A stretch of DNA of 63,817 nucleotides, the filler included, from Reticulomyxa filosa (taxonomy: Eukaryota > Protista > Foraminifera), in assembly GCA_000512085.1 (NCBI GenBank). It is 17 parts of 17 records of this genome, joined end to end, with 100 filler letters (N's around TTAATTAATTAA, not from the genome) between each part and the next. Parts side by side here need not be neighbours in the genome. Positions count along the whole stretch, not along the records: positions 38,115 to 40,318 come from ASPP01002667.1; positions 40,419 to 45,118 come from ASPP01003615.1; positions 45,219 to 46,869 come from ASPP01022729.1; positions 46,970 to 47,969 come from ASPP01039745.1; positions 48,070 to 50,200 come from ASPP01004432.1; positions 50,301 to 51,658 come from ASPP01024486.1; positions 51,759 to 52,879 come from ASPP01021254.1; 10 more parts are not named here. One strand, 5' to 3'. The position numbers were made by a program, and so were the translations under genes. This document shows, one piece after another, positions 38,015 to 51,794 of this stretch. Positions within the stretch are counted from its first letter, which is position 1; the number at the start of each line of letters is the position of its first letter. The notes under the pieces are model-generated. The model searched no databases. It saw only the letters and a program-made list of their open reading frames with translations, and was not told where the DNA came from.

Positions 38015-39356
38015 NNNNNNNNNNNNNNNNNNNNNNNNNNNNNNNNNNNNNNNNNNNNTTAATTAATTAANNNNNNNNNNNNNNNNNNNNNNNNNNNNNN
38101 NNNNNNNNNNNNNNAAGATATTTCAAATATTATTGCAAAAATTTCTCATTTTTTTCAAAAGAGCTATTTCTTCAACTTTTTCTTGTGATAATATATCAAT
38201 TACAAATAAACCAATTTGTCCAATTTCTTAAAGATAATCATTTGAACAAGAGATAAGCGAATACTATTGATTTAAATCATTTGGAAACATAGAATGAATC
38301 AAAACCACAACGTCAGGATAATCATGTTCTAATTCATCCAGAATAAAACAACCCAATTGCCTCATTGAATTTTGAAATATTTAATAAATTAATTCCTAAT
38401 TACATTAATTCATTTGTATTAGTATTGAAATGACAACAAATAACGGATTTGTCTGTGTGAATAAGTTTTTTAGTTTTCAAATTATCAAAATAACATGTTT
38501 AACAAGCATTTCGATTTTATTTGAAAAATAATTTAAAAAATTGTAAATTTCCACAAATTATAAAAAGAATAATTTGGAATTTTTTATTTAATATTTTTGA
38601 TTTCAAAACTTTTAACTAATTGTACTTTTTAAGAATTGTGTTGCTTATTTAAAACACAGAGTCAATTTGCGCTTGTTTTGATCTAATTTTATTAGCAAGT
38701 TGTTTGTAATGCTTTGGTAATTCAATTTGTGATATGTGATAAAACTTGATTAAAATTATGGTGCCTTGTTGCTATCAAAACAAGTTTTTATTATTACTTA
38801 TTCAAAAAACACGTACTCCATTGCGGATTGTTGGTAGTACAAAAGATATCTATAAACAAAAGATGCAATGTTTGCAAGTTTCTCAAAGTGGACATGCCCT
38901 TGCCACGGGAGCGTGACTTACATAATTTGATGAATGTAGTTTTTTGAAGGTGTTTTACATATTTTTGTTTAATGTTAATTGTTTTTTTTATTTATTATTT
39001 GATTTTACTGGGTGTGTATTGAAAAAACTTGAAGTTATTTTAAGTGAAGTTATCTTTTGTAACTTTTTGAAGATTTAAATTGTTAAAATTAAAACTGCAA
39101 GAATGACAAAAACAAATATATTGTTTTATTGTTAAAATGTAACAGTTCATAATAATGCAACTAAATTTTGTGAATACTTTGAAAAAGTTAATGTTTATGA
39201 GATCGAGTTTTAGATGCTGCAAATGAATTGTATATTCAAATCATTAATTACTAATGTATCTGAAAAGACTTCAAACTAGGGTGTCGTAAACTTTTGAAAG
39301 CAAGTTCCGATCTTTCTTGCCTGCCTCCAGACACTTTTTTTTCTCATAATATAATC

Positions 39357-40318
39357 ATGAGCGAAACACTTACAACAACTTTCACGAATACTTCTACACA
39401 TCGGTCAACGACTGTAGTCGAAAGTAGTACACCGTCCCTTGTATCCAAATCGTCGACTTCTTCTCCAATTTCTTCAAAGAGGCAGTGTGGATATAATATT
39501 GACCTATTCTTAGATTCGGAGCAAGCAAAATCATATTTATGTTCCATTTGTCACCACGTCGTTGCGGATTGCCACGAAACGATGACGTGCGGACATATTT
39601 TTTGTGGTATGTAACTAACTGTTCTTTGCATCAAAGCGTGGTTCTTTCCGTCCGCCTTTCAAAAACACAAAAGAGTCAAATTAAAAAAAAGAAAAAAAGA
39701 GGGAAAAAAAAGAGGTTGAAAGTTTTTCCCCCATCATTGTGTAGATGTGTATGTGTAATAGAAAAAAAAAAATGTTTTTCCACCTAATGTTTTTTGCTCC
39801 GCTGGACAAATAGGTGGATGTATACATCGGGCGGTAGGAAACGAAGAGAATGGGAACAACGATAAATTCCGGTGTCCTTTTTGCAACACAAATAACAACA
39901 ATCCTCCGCGGCCGAGTATCTATTTGAACCGAGCCGTCGGAAGTTTGAAAGTGCGATGTCCGTTCCAGTCCAGTGGTTGCGAGTGGACGGGATATCTATC
40001 AGATTTGATTGTCAGAGCAAGCACAAGCACAAGCATAAACACAAGTACGACACATGTCAATATGAGTCATGGCAATGGTGACAACAGCTCCTCGTCTCCC
40101 ACGTTGAAAAGTAGCAATGTATCCACGCAAGCACAGTCTTCGCAGCATATTGGACATTTGGCACATTGTAAGTATGCAATGATCACATGCGACCAATGCA
40201 GTTATATACATATACAATTTTTTTTTTTTTTTTTTTTATATTATGTATACATATAATAAATAAATAAATAAATAAGAGGGTCGAATCTATCGCAAAGATT
40301 TGGATGCTCACAAATTGA
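39357..40318 (+). CDS. RING + TRAF-type zinc-finger protein, 3' truncated
   Basis: YLCSICHHV..TCGHIFC/GCI..CPFC (C3HC4 RING), LKVRCPFQSSGCEWTG, HLAHCKYAMITCDQC..RKDLDAH. Confidence 0.88.
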
Positions 40319-40879
40319 NNNNNNNNNNNNNNNNNNNNNNNNNNNNNNNNNNNNNNNNNNNNTTAATTAATTAANNNNNNNNNNNNNNNNNNNNNNNNNN
40401 NNNNNNNNNNNNNNNNNNAAAAAAAAAGACAATTGTTGGAATATTTTCATACACGAATTGTCGTCGAGCTTGCATATTCTTTTTCCACACGTTTTCAAAT
40501 GTAATCTCATCAGCTGTCTTTTCGTCATTGTTTTGTACATTTGAATTTGACACAACAGCTTGCAAAGAATACTTTGTCTTCTTCACAACATCATATATTA
40601 ATCCACTATCTGGTGTTTTCCTTTTGTCTAGCTTCTTTTAGCGTTATTATTATCAATATCCATCTTGTTTGCTTCTTTGTCATTGCATGGTTTTATAGAT
40701 TTAATATCCTGGAATTTGGCATGTCAATACCATAACTAATTCCATTTCCAATATTATTTTCAATGCCACCATAATACTGGCATTTAATAGTTCACTAGTT
40801 ACAAACATGTTCGGAAGTGTAGTTAAAATGTCTGACTTATCATTAAATTGGATTCTTGCCCCGATCAAGAAAAGGCTCC

Positions 40880-40992
40880 GAAGGCCAGGAAACCAAAGAA
40901 AAGATTTATGAAGACAGGAAACCGAAGGCAAGACCCCTGAAGACTGGAAATCAAAGAAAAAGCCCTGAAATGCCCGGAAACCCCCCGAGGCC
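40880..40992 (+). repeat. Degenerate 28-30 bp minisatellite, 3-4 units
   Basis: Units gaaggccaggaaaccaaagaaaag, gaagacaggaaaccgaaggcaag, gaagactggaaatcaaagaaaaag and gaaatgcccggaaacc start at 40880, 40910, 40939 and 40967. Confidence 0.6.
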
Positions 40993-43788
40993 GAGAAACA
41001 ACTGGAAAGATCTGATACAAGCAACGATCGAAGAAACGGTCAAAGAAAAAATACTTCAACGTTTTGTTGACTTTTGTTTGTGGTGGTAATTAGAATTGTG
41101 GATTGTCTCTTGTAAGTTGAACGATATTTACTTTTCTTGCGTCTGACATTACTATCTGCCGCTGTCTCGAATAGTCTGAGCGAGGTCCCAAAGGGATCCT
41201 TGGATTCCCTCTGAACTCCACAGAGGTTAGACAAAGGCCATCAGCCGAGTGATGATCACCAAAGCTTGAAGAATACATTGATATCTCTTTACAATGAGAT
41301 AGATGACACAATTTTGATCTATATTTAAACAATTTCAATTAAAACCTATAGCTGCAAAGTTGAACCTAGAATGTTGTTTGTTAGTTACCTTTGTAATATA
41401 TTGTAATACTTAGTACTATATTCAAATGTGAGTGATGTGCTTGTTTTGCAATATTTTCTTTCTGTGAATTCAATTTATAACATTCTCTCTAAAAAAAAAA
41501 GCAAGAATTGAAAGCATACACTTCGCAATCCTGAAGAACGCTGCTTGTGCGTTTTCAAAACCAAGTAAAAAATAAAAAATTGAGATCAATTGCAGAACAT
41601 TTCAACTCAAGACATCAATTAGATTCACAAGAATTGAATAACGACGAAAAGTAAAAACAAAAAACAATTTTGAAAGTGATATTTGCAAAGACAGTCTATA
41701 TTCAAATAGAAATCAATGAAAAGATTATTAATATTGGTTTTAATGAAATGAAATATGAAGTATTTAGCAAAAATACAATTTGAGTGAAATTATCTCGAAT
41801 AGAAAAGAAAATAATTGATAAGAATAAACAAGTAAAAGTAATCACAAATTCAAAAAAAATCTAAAGTTCCAAATTACAAATTTATTGTGATGCACCAAAG
41901 AATAAAAGCCAAGCAAACGGACAAGTGAATAATAAGAACAGAAGTATGAGTCAAAATAAAGATAAATCGTGATAAAATAAGAAAATTAAAAGATGAAATC
42001 CAGTATTAAAGCAACAGTGCAGCAATTATCGTTTATGATTCAAGCATTCGCACCATTATTGAACATAAATGAAAATTTGAAATGATTTGCTTGATAAATC
42101 TTTTGAAAATTAAAATATTTTAAAATTTTTGATAAATTATTTCAGAATACGTCTAGATTTGTTGTTTTGTTTTATAATTATATTTTTTTCGTTTTGCGTT
42201 ATTTAGTGACATGTCCTATTTTGAATAATGTGATTTTCAACTTGCTTTTGTCTGCACTTTGTAGTATAGATATAATTTAAATCAGTGACAAGTGTATGAT
42301 GAAGCGAGTATTAGTCTGACACCTTCAAGTCATCACATTGCAAAAGCTTTAAAAAAACATTGCTTGCTGTATATCCTATTAGTGTAAAAACACTTTGCAT
42401 CAGCCGTCCTGGTCGCCTTCACAATCATTGCTATCATATATTTAGTTTCTGTTTTGCCTGATGTTCAGTAGAAGTTACCCGATCGTGTAGTTCTGCAAAA
42501 CACAAAAACCAAGTATTTGCCTCAAAATTTCTTTAAAAAGTCAGTTGTCGCAGCCTGATCAAAATAGGAGATACTGTATGTCTTTGCACGTGGCAATCAA
42601 TAAATCAATTAATTCTTCTTGCGTATCTGAAGAAGAAATTTTAAATCTCTTAAAAATTGAACATTCTGTCGAAAAAGTATCAAATTTTTCAAATAATTAG
42701 TAAATATTTAATAAAAAATCAAAACCATTTAAAAACTACACAGTTCGTAAATTGTAAAAAAAGTTTTTGACTAAGCGTTGTTTTTTCACGGAGAAAATCA
42801 ATAATCTTTATAAAAGTTTCAACTTTCTTTTTATTCTACTGTAATAGCATATGGCAATCCAAGACTTGGATGTTTATTTTGCCTATTCTTGTTTAGACTT
42901 GCGTCTTAATAAGATATTATCGTCATTTATTTATCATATTACACACTTATTTGCGCCTTAATAATATGTTAACAGTTGTTTCTCAATGAGTTTCTATCAT
43001 ATATATTAAAATATATCCAGTGCCCATATCTTGACGTGATTATCACACAAGTAATCAAATAAATGTCTTATCTTTGATATAAATGTCAGTATAATCGTTT
43101 CGAGAATCGCCTAAGTTCGATTAATTGTCAGTTTTGACATTTTCCACTATAAGAAATTTCTTCAGAAATTTCCGATCATGACAAAAAACACTACAACAGT
43201 TCATTTACGATATAATTTTGCAAGGAAATTTTGCCTATATTAGAGAGAAAAGTTTGAAAACGCTGAATCTCACCAGAGCTACTCTTTTTCAAAGTTCGTC
43301 TATCGCCAATCATAGAGATTTTCGCAAATATAATCTTCACATAACATATTTGTGCATGCAGCTTGCTTTGATTGTGTTGATGAGAGGTGGTATAAATATC
43401 AATTATGTAATTATGAAACTTAAGGCAATCTCTACGTTTAATAAATATCTTTAATTTTTATTTTTTGTAATTATTCTTTTCACACTATTAATGATGGCTT
43501 CATTGCTAGCATAATAAATGCTTTTTTTAAATTTAGCGGACACTATACAAAACTTGAGTATTCAAAAGAAGATATTGTTTTATAAGAAAAATTTCTGCTT
43601 AATGAAGTATCTGGTCTATTCAAATATTGATCAGTGGTGTCCCTAGAAAAGTTATTGATTTCGTTGTTGCGAAAAGTTTTAACGACTAGAAAAACTAGCC
43701 GTGTGGCGGCTTTTGTGCAGGTTTTTTTTAAGGTGCTTTCATTACTTTTCAGAGAATCCCTTGCAAGCAGTACGCCCTGGAAGTGTCT

Positions 43789-45079
43789 ATGCATGCACGA
43801 GTTTGTGGGGTTTTGGCCTCTAAACGTCCAACTGAAACATCTCTATTGGACGACAATGTCTCTCACGAAGAACGTCTGCTACTTTTGGTAAGTTTGTTCA
43901 CGGAACAGCCAAGCAATTGGAGAACAACCAAAAGACAGGGTTGCATTTTTGTATTGCCTTTTGCATGGCAGCAATAGTCTGGAGGAATGTTTGTCACTGG
44001 TGATTTTTTTTTCGCGTTGGTTGCACAACACAGCTGACAAATGACCGCAACGACCCCTATCAACGACTAAACTCTCGACAAGACGCAGAAAGAAACCAAA
44101 ACAATGAGAGCGAAGAGAACCAGGCAAATTACAACGGGAGAAGCGTTATCTATCAAAGTAACCCCCCCCATTTGTTCGCACAACTGACAAATCTGTCGGC
44201 GCTGTCCACAATGTCGTCGTCGTTAGTCGAGAATGGGATGATGTTTGCGACCAGCAACAACTATTCTTCAGGAAGTGCGGATGATTTCCTAATGCGCGAT
44301 GCGGGAGCACCGATGGCAGACGAGCTACTGACGGACATGAATATGAATTTGAATGTGAACATGGGTGTGTCGGTGCCAGTCCCTTTGCATTGGAATGGAA
44401 ACGCGAATTTCGATATCATTTCGACAGAGCGCGATAATCACAACAAAGTTACAAAGGAAAGCGAGGAAAGAACAGTGATTGCGGTGCCAGCGACAGCCAG
44501 CACTTTGCAAAGAGAAAAGGAAATGAATGGCAGAGACCCGTCTTTTAAATCAGTGTATCGAACCAATCACGACAAATCACATAGCGACGGGGTTTTTATC
44601 GAAGAGATTGCCGATCTCACAAATAACATTTACACCGACGTCAATTCATTGCCGTTGATTCAAACGTTTTTAAATTGCTATCACAATGACAACAACTTGA
44701 ATCGAAATTTGAATTTGAATTTGAATTCAAATTTGAACTTAAATTCGAATTCCCATTTGCACGCGGAATATGCAAACGATCACGAACCATTAGGGCCAAG
44801 TCTGAACTTTGCTAACAAAACATCGCCCAAGCTGTCCTCCGTGTCTTCCTCGGAGAGTTGCAGCAATGTCAAGGGTCCAGACTTGATGAAACATGTGCAA
44901 CTTAAAAACAGCAATGGCATCCTGCCCTTGTCAATCACGCAAAATCTTGATGAATCCATTACAATTGATTCTCAACATATCAATATTAACTTTGATTTGT
45001 GTCCGGAAATTGTTCAAACGGTTGTGAATGAGAAGTTGGCATGTCGTGTTATTGACCGATTGTTTCAACAATTTGAAGG

Positions 45080-45118
<39 letters not shown>
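43789..45118 (+). CDS. Hypothetical low-complexity (N/S-rich) protein, 3' truncated
   Basis: Exon MHARVCG..ERLLLL splices through GTAAGT...ACAG in frame into ORF 44172-45078. Confidence 0.55.
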
Positions 45119-46399
45119 NNNNNNNNNNNNNNNNNNNNNNNNNNNNNNNNNNNNNNNNNNNNTTAATTAATTAANNNNNNNNNNNNNNNNNNNNNNNNNN
45201 NNNNNNNNNNNNNNNNNNATTTTAACACAAAGTAAAGAACAAAAATAACTCAATAAAAAAAAATCAAAGATCTTAAATGAACCATTTACTCATTTCTTGC
45301 AAAGAAAAAAATCAAAGTTTTATAAAGATTTTCTTTGTTGAAAAATATATGTGGAAATTGAAACAATTTTTTTCTTATCTTTTTCTACTTCTAATTCAAT
45401 TTCTTTTTTCATTTCTTTCAATCATTCACTCAGTTGAGTTTTCATGTGTATTGACATAATTTGGTTCATATTCCATACATGCGTGTTATCTTCGCTCAAT
45501 ATTGCAGCACAATCGCAATACACTTGTGTAAAGAGTTTTGAAATGTTATCAATTTGTTTTCACGAATTAAATCATTCGATAATTAGTATTCCATCCACCA
45601 AAGAATAAAATGACATCGTTGGTACACTCTAGATATTTTAAAAGATCCATATAAAACTCATTCTACAAATTGTATTTTGATTTGTGTGTAATGTTCGTTC
45701 ATGAAATAGTGATTCGATCTTGTATTCAAGATAATTGATTCAAATCATTGCCTTTTTAATTGCAAACAAATCATTCTTTTTAAAATTTGTAGCTTCAATT
45801 CGTCAAGTATTTTAAACATCCCTTTCAGTTTGAAATTGATCGCTTTTGAAAGCCCGAACATTAGTGTTTTTAAAAAATTTTTGGCCTCGAAACACTTTCG
45901 TAGATTGTATCACAGAAACACCTTTTTTTGGCTGTGCGAAGTTGAACCAGTGCATATAAAAAAAAAAGAATTTGGCATTTTTCTAAAAAGACCATCAAAC
46001 CAGCTATTACATTCCAAAATACATTCGGGCACTTTTTCGTGTAAACATATCTTAAAAAAATGGCACAACGTAAAACGTACATTTTTAACTGAAGCGTTTT
46101 CGATTAAAAAAATTTATCCTAATCATTTTTGGACGAGTGCGTTAATTAAAAACAAAATTCAAAAGAAATATTTTTTATGCTTTTTTCTTCAAAAAAGATT
46201 TTTTTGCTGGTGTTTGGACTGAGAAAATAATAACAATTTTTATGCATAACTTCTTGTGCAAATACTGAAAAAAAAACTACATAAACAATTGGAAGGAAAA
46301 ACAAAACACGCTCATCAAATAATATATTGACAACTAGAAATTGAAAAATTGTTTTTTGATCAATAATGTTTCTGTTTTTCTTATTAAAAAAAGTTGTAT

Positions 46400-46869
46400 T
46401 TAATCTTTCTTGTCATCTCCTCCTTTATTGTTACTGGCTTCAGTCACCGTAGATATATGATCCAGCCTTGCACAACAAACAGACATAGGAGTATTTAATA
46501 CCTCATTGGTGTCACATTGAATTAAAGTTGGCCAAGTGACATAACCAATCTGCTCACAATCTTTATCTTTTCCTAATCTCTCTTTTTTAATGTTAATATT
46601 TTTGGATTGAATTTGATGATTTAGTTGAGGATTGGAAGTGAAAATTAAAGGATACGGTTTCAATGAAGGTCTTGATAATACACAACTCCACATACTTCGT
46701 AAACATGATTCAATTAGTTTATCTTTGTCTCCATTTATTTTATTTTCTTCTTTTTCTTCTTTTTTATTCTCTTCAATTGTTTCATAAATTGAATCAAAAG
46801 ATGCACTTTCTTGAATAATTTCTTGTTTTAATTTTGAATTAATAAAATGCTTTCCTTTTTCATATAATC
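46400..46869 (-). CDS. C-terminal fragment resembling the MIEAP/SPATA18 C-terminal domain
   Basis: The pattern YEVWSCVLSRPSL...IGYVTWPTL recalls the W-x-M-x-x-x-x-PP-L...VWP-x-L signature; recognised by eye only. Confidence 0.35.
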
Positions 46870-49800
46870 NNNNNNNNNNNNNNNNNNNNNNNNNNNNNNN
46901 NNNNNNNNNNNNNTTAATTAATTAANNNNNNNNNNNNNNNNNNNNNNNNNNNNNNNNNNNNNNNNNNNNCAGGTCTTCAGGGGTTGTTTTGGTCTGTTTC
47001 TCCTTCAGCACTTCTGCGCACGTTTTCACCATTGAATCCATATCGCCGACGCATGCAAAGTAGCCGCATCCCCAGTTTGTATTCAAAGTATTTTTTTTTT
47101 CATTCAATCATCAAATAAGAATGTCTTGTCATTCTCCAGTTGTTTGATAATTGTTTTCCTTGTGACAAACAAGCCATGAGCCCTCTTTGGTGGTAGAGTA
47201 GTTTTTGTCATTGCGACCTTTCATATTGAATTCGTCTAATCGTCTTTATTTGATCACACCTGCAAAAAAAAGTCAACAGATTGTTGTTTTGTTTTTTTTT
47301 TTAAGCTGTTAAAAATCGATATGCAAATTCAACAAATTAAAAAAGGATTATAATATAACATAGGTATGTGTTTGTGTACATTATGTATACATACGTATAC
47401 ATAATATTATACATACGTATACATAATATGTAAGTATATTTTAAAAAACACCTTTTCTATTATAGTCAATTCAACTCAATTATTGGCGACATAGTCCACG
47501 AATACTTGAGTAGTGTGCATAATTATAGTGATTTATTATACGATTTTGCATTGTCAGATCATCGACTGCTGGTTCACATTATTGCTGTCTACAGGTGTGC
47601 TGTTGTCAAAGTTGGCGAGTCGACGATTGTGAGTAGTGAAATAGCCTTTCGCGGTTTGGCCCAATGTACCTTTGTTTACAAATTTGTTTGAAAAGATATG
47701 CGAAGAGACCGATTCATGGTATCTCTTTGTCACAATACTGTCTTTATTGTGCTCGTTCAGATGCGCAAAATTTTTAGAATCTGTTGTCGTTGTTAGTTTC
47801 AATGAAGTATTCTGCTGTCTTGACGCACACCCAATCGTCGCTGTAGAGTTTCCGCTACTTGTCGAAATTGTGGTATCATGTCTTTCTTGACTTTAAAGAC
47901 CAATTGTAAACTTTGCTCACGTTCATTAAGTTGATTTCTCTCCTTTTTTTTAAAATGTATTTTTTGATANNNNNNNNNNNNNNNNNNNNNNNNNNNNNNN
48001 NNNNNNNNNNNNNTTAATTAATTAANNNNNNNNNNNNNNNNNNNNNNNNNNNNNNNNNNNNNNNNNNNNCAATGTTGGCATTCAAACTTTCTTTATTAGC
48101 AAAATTATTGCATAATTCAATTGATTTATTATTTGTACTCATTTCGTTAATAAATTGATGAAATAAATCCAACAAACGATACGAATATATGTTGATGACA
48201 TTTGTGCAACATTCCAATCAACTGTCTTCCTCTTTTTTGAGATAATGTTTATGCAATCATGCAAAGAGATCATACAAATGGATCATACAAATAAAATCAT
48301 CTGTAGAAAAAAGGATATTTGTTATCCTTTTAAACAAAAGAATTGAGTTGTATACTTTGTCCAATATACAAAAAATTTACTGTTATCTAAATACTTTTAT
48401 TTCAAATAATATTTTCGCAAAGATAGAAAAAAATCCTTCATGACATATATTCTTTGCATTGTCAGCATTTTTCTGCAAACACGATATTTTGTATTAAAGC
48501 TAAACAAAAAATACTTCAAAAGTCTTCGACTTTTTGTAATGCGCATATCCATCTGATGGATTCAAAAGATGTTTCCACTTAAAATCCGAAAATAAACAAG
48601 TCCGTTTCGGATAATTCCGCGGACAATAGATAACGCATTATATCTTGCAATCAAATGTTATCAAATAGCTGCAAAAAAAATATCAATAAAAAACAAATTC
48701 AATTATTGAAGATATTGTAATTGGTGTAATTTGTTTTGATTTTTCTTTTTGATGATACTTAAAATTCGAACTTTTCATAACAAAAATCACTTTGCATGAA
48801 AGAAAGCAAATAGTATCTAATTTAAAGGGAGTGAGGTTATTGTCATTAACAACAATTTTATGCTGTTAAGCACTCATCAAAGATAAAGCAAGTTTGTTTT
48901 GAAAATATTCTGGCAATATCAAGGATAAACAATTGCTTTCCAATGAAAAGTTTAATCATTGGAAACATAACATTAAAATCATTACAGATGAAAGTGTTGA
49001 TAATAAAATTAACAAATTAAATATGATTTTATGTGCTTATTGCAATAATTCAAAAAGGCTATGATTTGTCAAAAAGTTTTGGAGAAGGTATGCCATCACT
49101 GCTCATGAGATTATTAAAGTACGAAGATTTATTTTTTAAAATGTATATTCGTGGCAAATAGAATCCAAAGGTAACGATCACAGTGCATTGCGTACACCAA
49201 TACAATGATTTTAGATAATATCAATGAGTTTTTACTGATCGAATATAATATTTTACTTGCTTGGACAATGCCACAGACAATAATCGATATGTAACTATCA
49301 AAGTATTCAATCATACATTGATGATAATTATAACAATCATTTTCTTTTAATATGCTATCATTGTCAAATTCCATAATAACATTATCATTACACAATTTCT
49401 TTAAAACCTTTAATAAGTACAAATTAAAATTTCTCACTATTTAAATTGTGCAAAAATTTTTATTAAGTATAATGATAATACTTTCGTAAAAAGGTGTCAT
49501 TCATGTACTTATTTTCGAATATATGAATTCTATTAAATATTTAATAGCAAATTGAAAATGATAATCTTAATTGATCAATTACAGCAAAATTTAATTTATG
49601 TTGCTAATTATAAAATTATTTAATATAAATATCTTTTCAAATTACAAATGAACATAAAAAATTCATTCAAAATAAACTTATTTTATTTCATTTCTTCAAT
49701 AAAATTGCTCGTATGTAAATATAAATGTTATTAACTCGTTAACTATTTATTTAAATATATAACCATATGTTCAGAAATAAGCACATTCAATGCACATTTT

Positions 49801-50354
49801 TTAATGGTAGAATTATTTTTAATTCAACGAATTCTTAAAGATTATATACAATAATAATGTTTAAAAAAGATTTTGAAATTAGATATTGAATGATTTCATT
49901 TGCCTTATTCGAGCATTAAATCTCACAATTTTGACAATGTCAAAGTCTTTATCGGCAATACTATTCTTTTCCTTCTGTAATTGTTTAGTAGATTTTGATA
50001 AATTCTATGCAAAGTATTGAACTTAGTTCAAACGTATCTACAGCAAAAGATTGTAGTCATTTAAATAGTAAGTAATTTGCACTTGTTCTGAGTGAGCAAT
50101 CAATTACTGCGAAGATTGTAAAAATACGACGTCCAAATGCAAAAATCAGTAGGCTATTTTTGAGATATGTACATGCTTTGCAAATTGTACATTCTCTTTG
50201 NNNNNNNNNNNNNNNNNNNNNNNNNNNNNNNNNNNNNNNNNNNNTTAATTAATTAANNNNNNNNNNNNNNNNNNNNNNNNNNNNNNNNNNNNNNNNNNNN
50301 CAAATATATTTGTTTATTTTTATTTAATTAAATGAAAGACAAAAATAAAAAAAA

Positions 50355-50459
50355 CGCAACATAATTGGCAATTAGTTTATCAAAATCATTTATCCATCCA
50401 AATTTAACGTGTAATATTCGATTCCAATGCTGGATAATAACTTGGATCTCGTTTTCATA
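50355..50459 (-). pseudogene. Remnant of an expanded Reticulomyxa-type Kelch/WD40-associated family motif; further decayed coding sequence up to ~51490
   Basis: Translates YENEIQVIIQHWNRILHVKFGWINDFDKLIANYV; the upstream sequence has no long open frame. Confidence 0.55.
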
Positions 50460-51758
50460 TGGCTAATCCAATCACAAGCCACACACAATAAATACAATAA
50501 AAACTTGAACACAATCAATTTTTTATAAATTTAGAACAAAACTTACAACTGTTAGTTGAGTTAAAGTTTGTTCATAATTAATAAGAGTTGTCATTTTGCA
50601 ACTGCTTTTGTTTTTTTGCTTGTATCTTTTTTAATGATGTAAAATGGAAAATGTTTAACTTTTTTTTAAGTTCAACGAAGGAATTTTATTTTTGTGATCC
50701 ATTATAAAACTTTACTCAAACCATACTCAAATAATTATTCAAAATTAAGTTCGGATTGATCAATAGTTTGTATATAATATAGTAAGTACATTCTATTGTA
50801 CAACAACAACTCAAATTTGACATAGTAAAGTACAAAATTCATTTAACGCATATATTCAATTTTTTGGTTCTAAAAATAAATATGTTAATACGTCCAAAAA
50901 TAAACACATTAAAAAAATATTTTTCAAAACTTGTTTCATAGTTATCAAAATTATTCATTGAATAATTGGAAAACATCTCAATAGCAAAGCAAAATGTTTT
51001 TTTTTTATTCTACAATAACATAATAAGCAAAGTATATAACATTAAATTAACATTGAGCAAGAAGAAGCCAATCTGGAACCTCGTTCATTGTGTTTTCATT
51101 ACACAACACATATCAAATTAAATTGAATGAACAGAATTGAAATGTTCTAAACCAATCAATTGTATTATCGAGATTGTGCAAAGCAAATAATTCTTCCAGA
51201 TATAATATTTTACAACATCACTTAGGTATATAAAATAAATTTGATTTACAAAAACATTATTTTAAACAATGGCTTACAAACAACAAATTCGATCTGATGA
51301 GAAATCTTTAATATTTGAATCTAATTCCTGATAAGCACTTGGATATCTTCTTCTAACTAGTTTAGCTATAAGTCACACGCAATAAACAAATAAACATAAC
51401 GGTAAACAACGAGCTTTTTAAAAGATTGAAACAAAGATTACCATACTGGTTGTGTTAAAGCTTGTTTTTCGTTGTTATGATTGGCCATTCTTATTTTTTC
51501 TTTATCTTGACTGATGGTATCTTTTAATAAGTTCGACAATTTGAACAAATATCATATTAATTTGTTTCCTAATAAACTAAATCTGATGTTTTCAACGAAC
51601 ACATTTTTCTTTGAATAAATAAATTATGAGAAAATTTCGGTCACAAAGTTGTTTTCACNNNNNNNNNNNNNNNNNNNNNNNNNNNNNNNNNNNNNNNNNN
51701 NNTTAATTAATTAANNNNNNNNNNNNNNNNNNNNNNNNNNNNNNNNNNNNNNNNNNNN

Positions 51759-51794
<36 letters not shown>

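Noticed and set aside
41170-41235. Hammerhead ribozyme (CTGA..GA followed by a hairpin)
   Set aside because: The spacing is not CUGANGA and the GAAA core after stem II is absent.
46970-50200. Short ORFs 47554-47802, 46922-47107 and 49129-49437 as genes
   Set aside because: They are broken by stops or shifts and carry no recognisable motif; probably decayed sequence that cannot be assigned.
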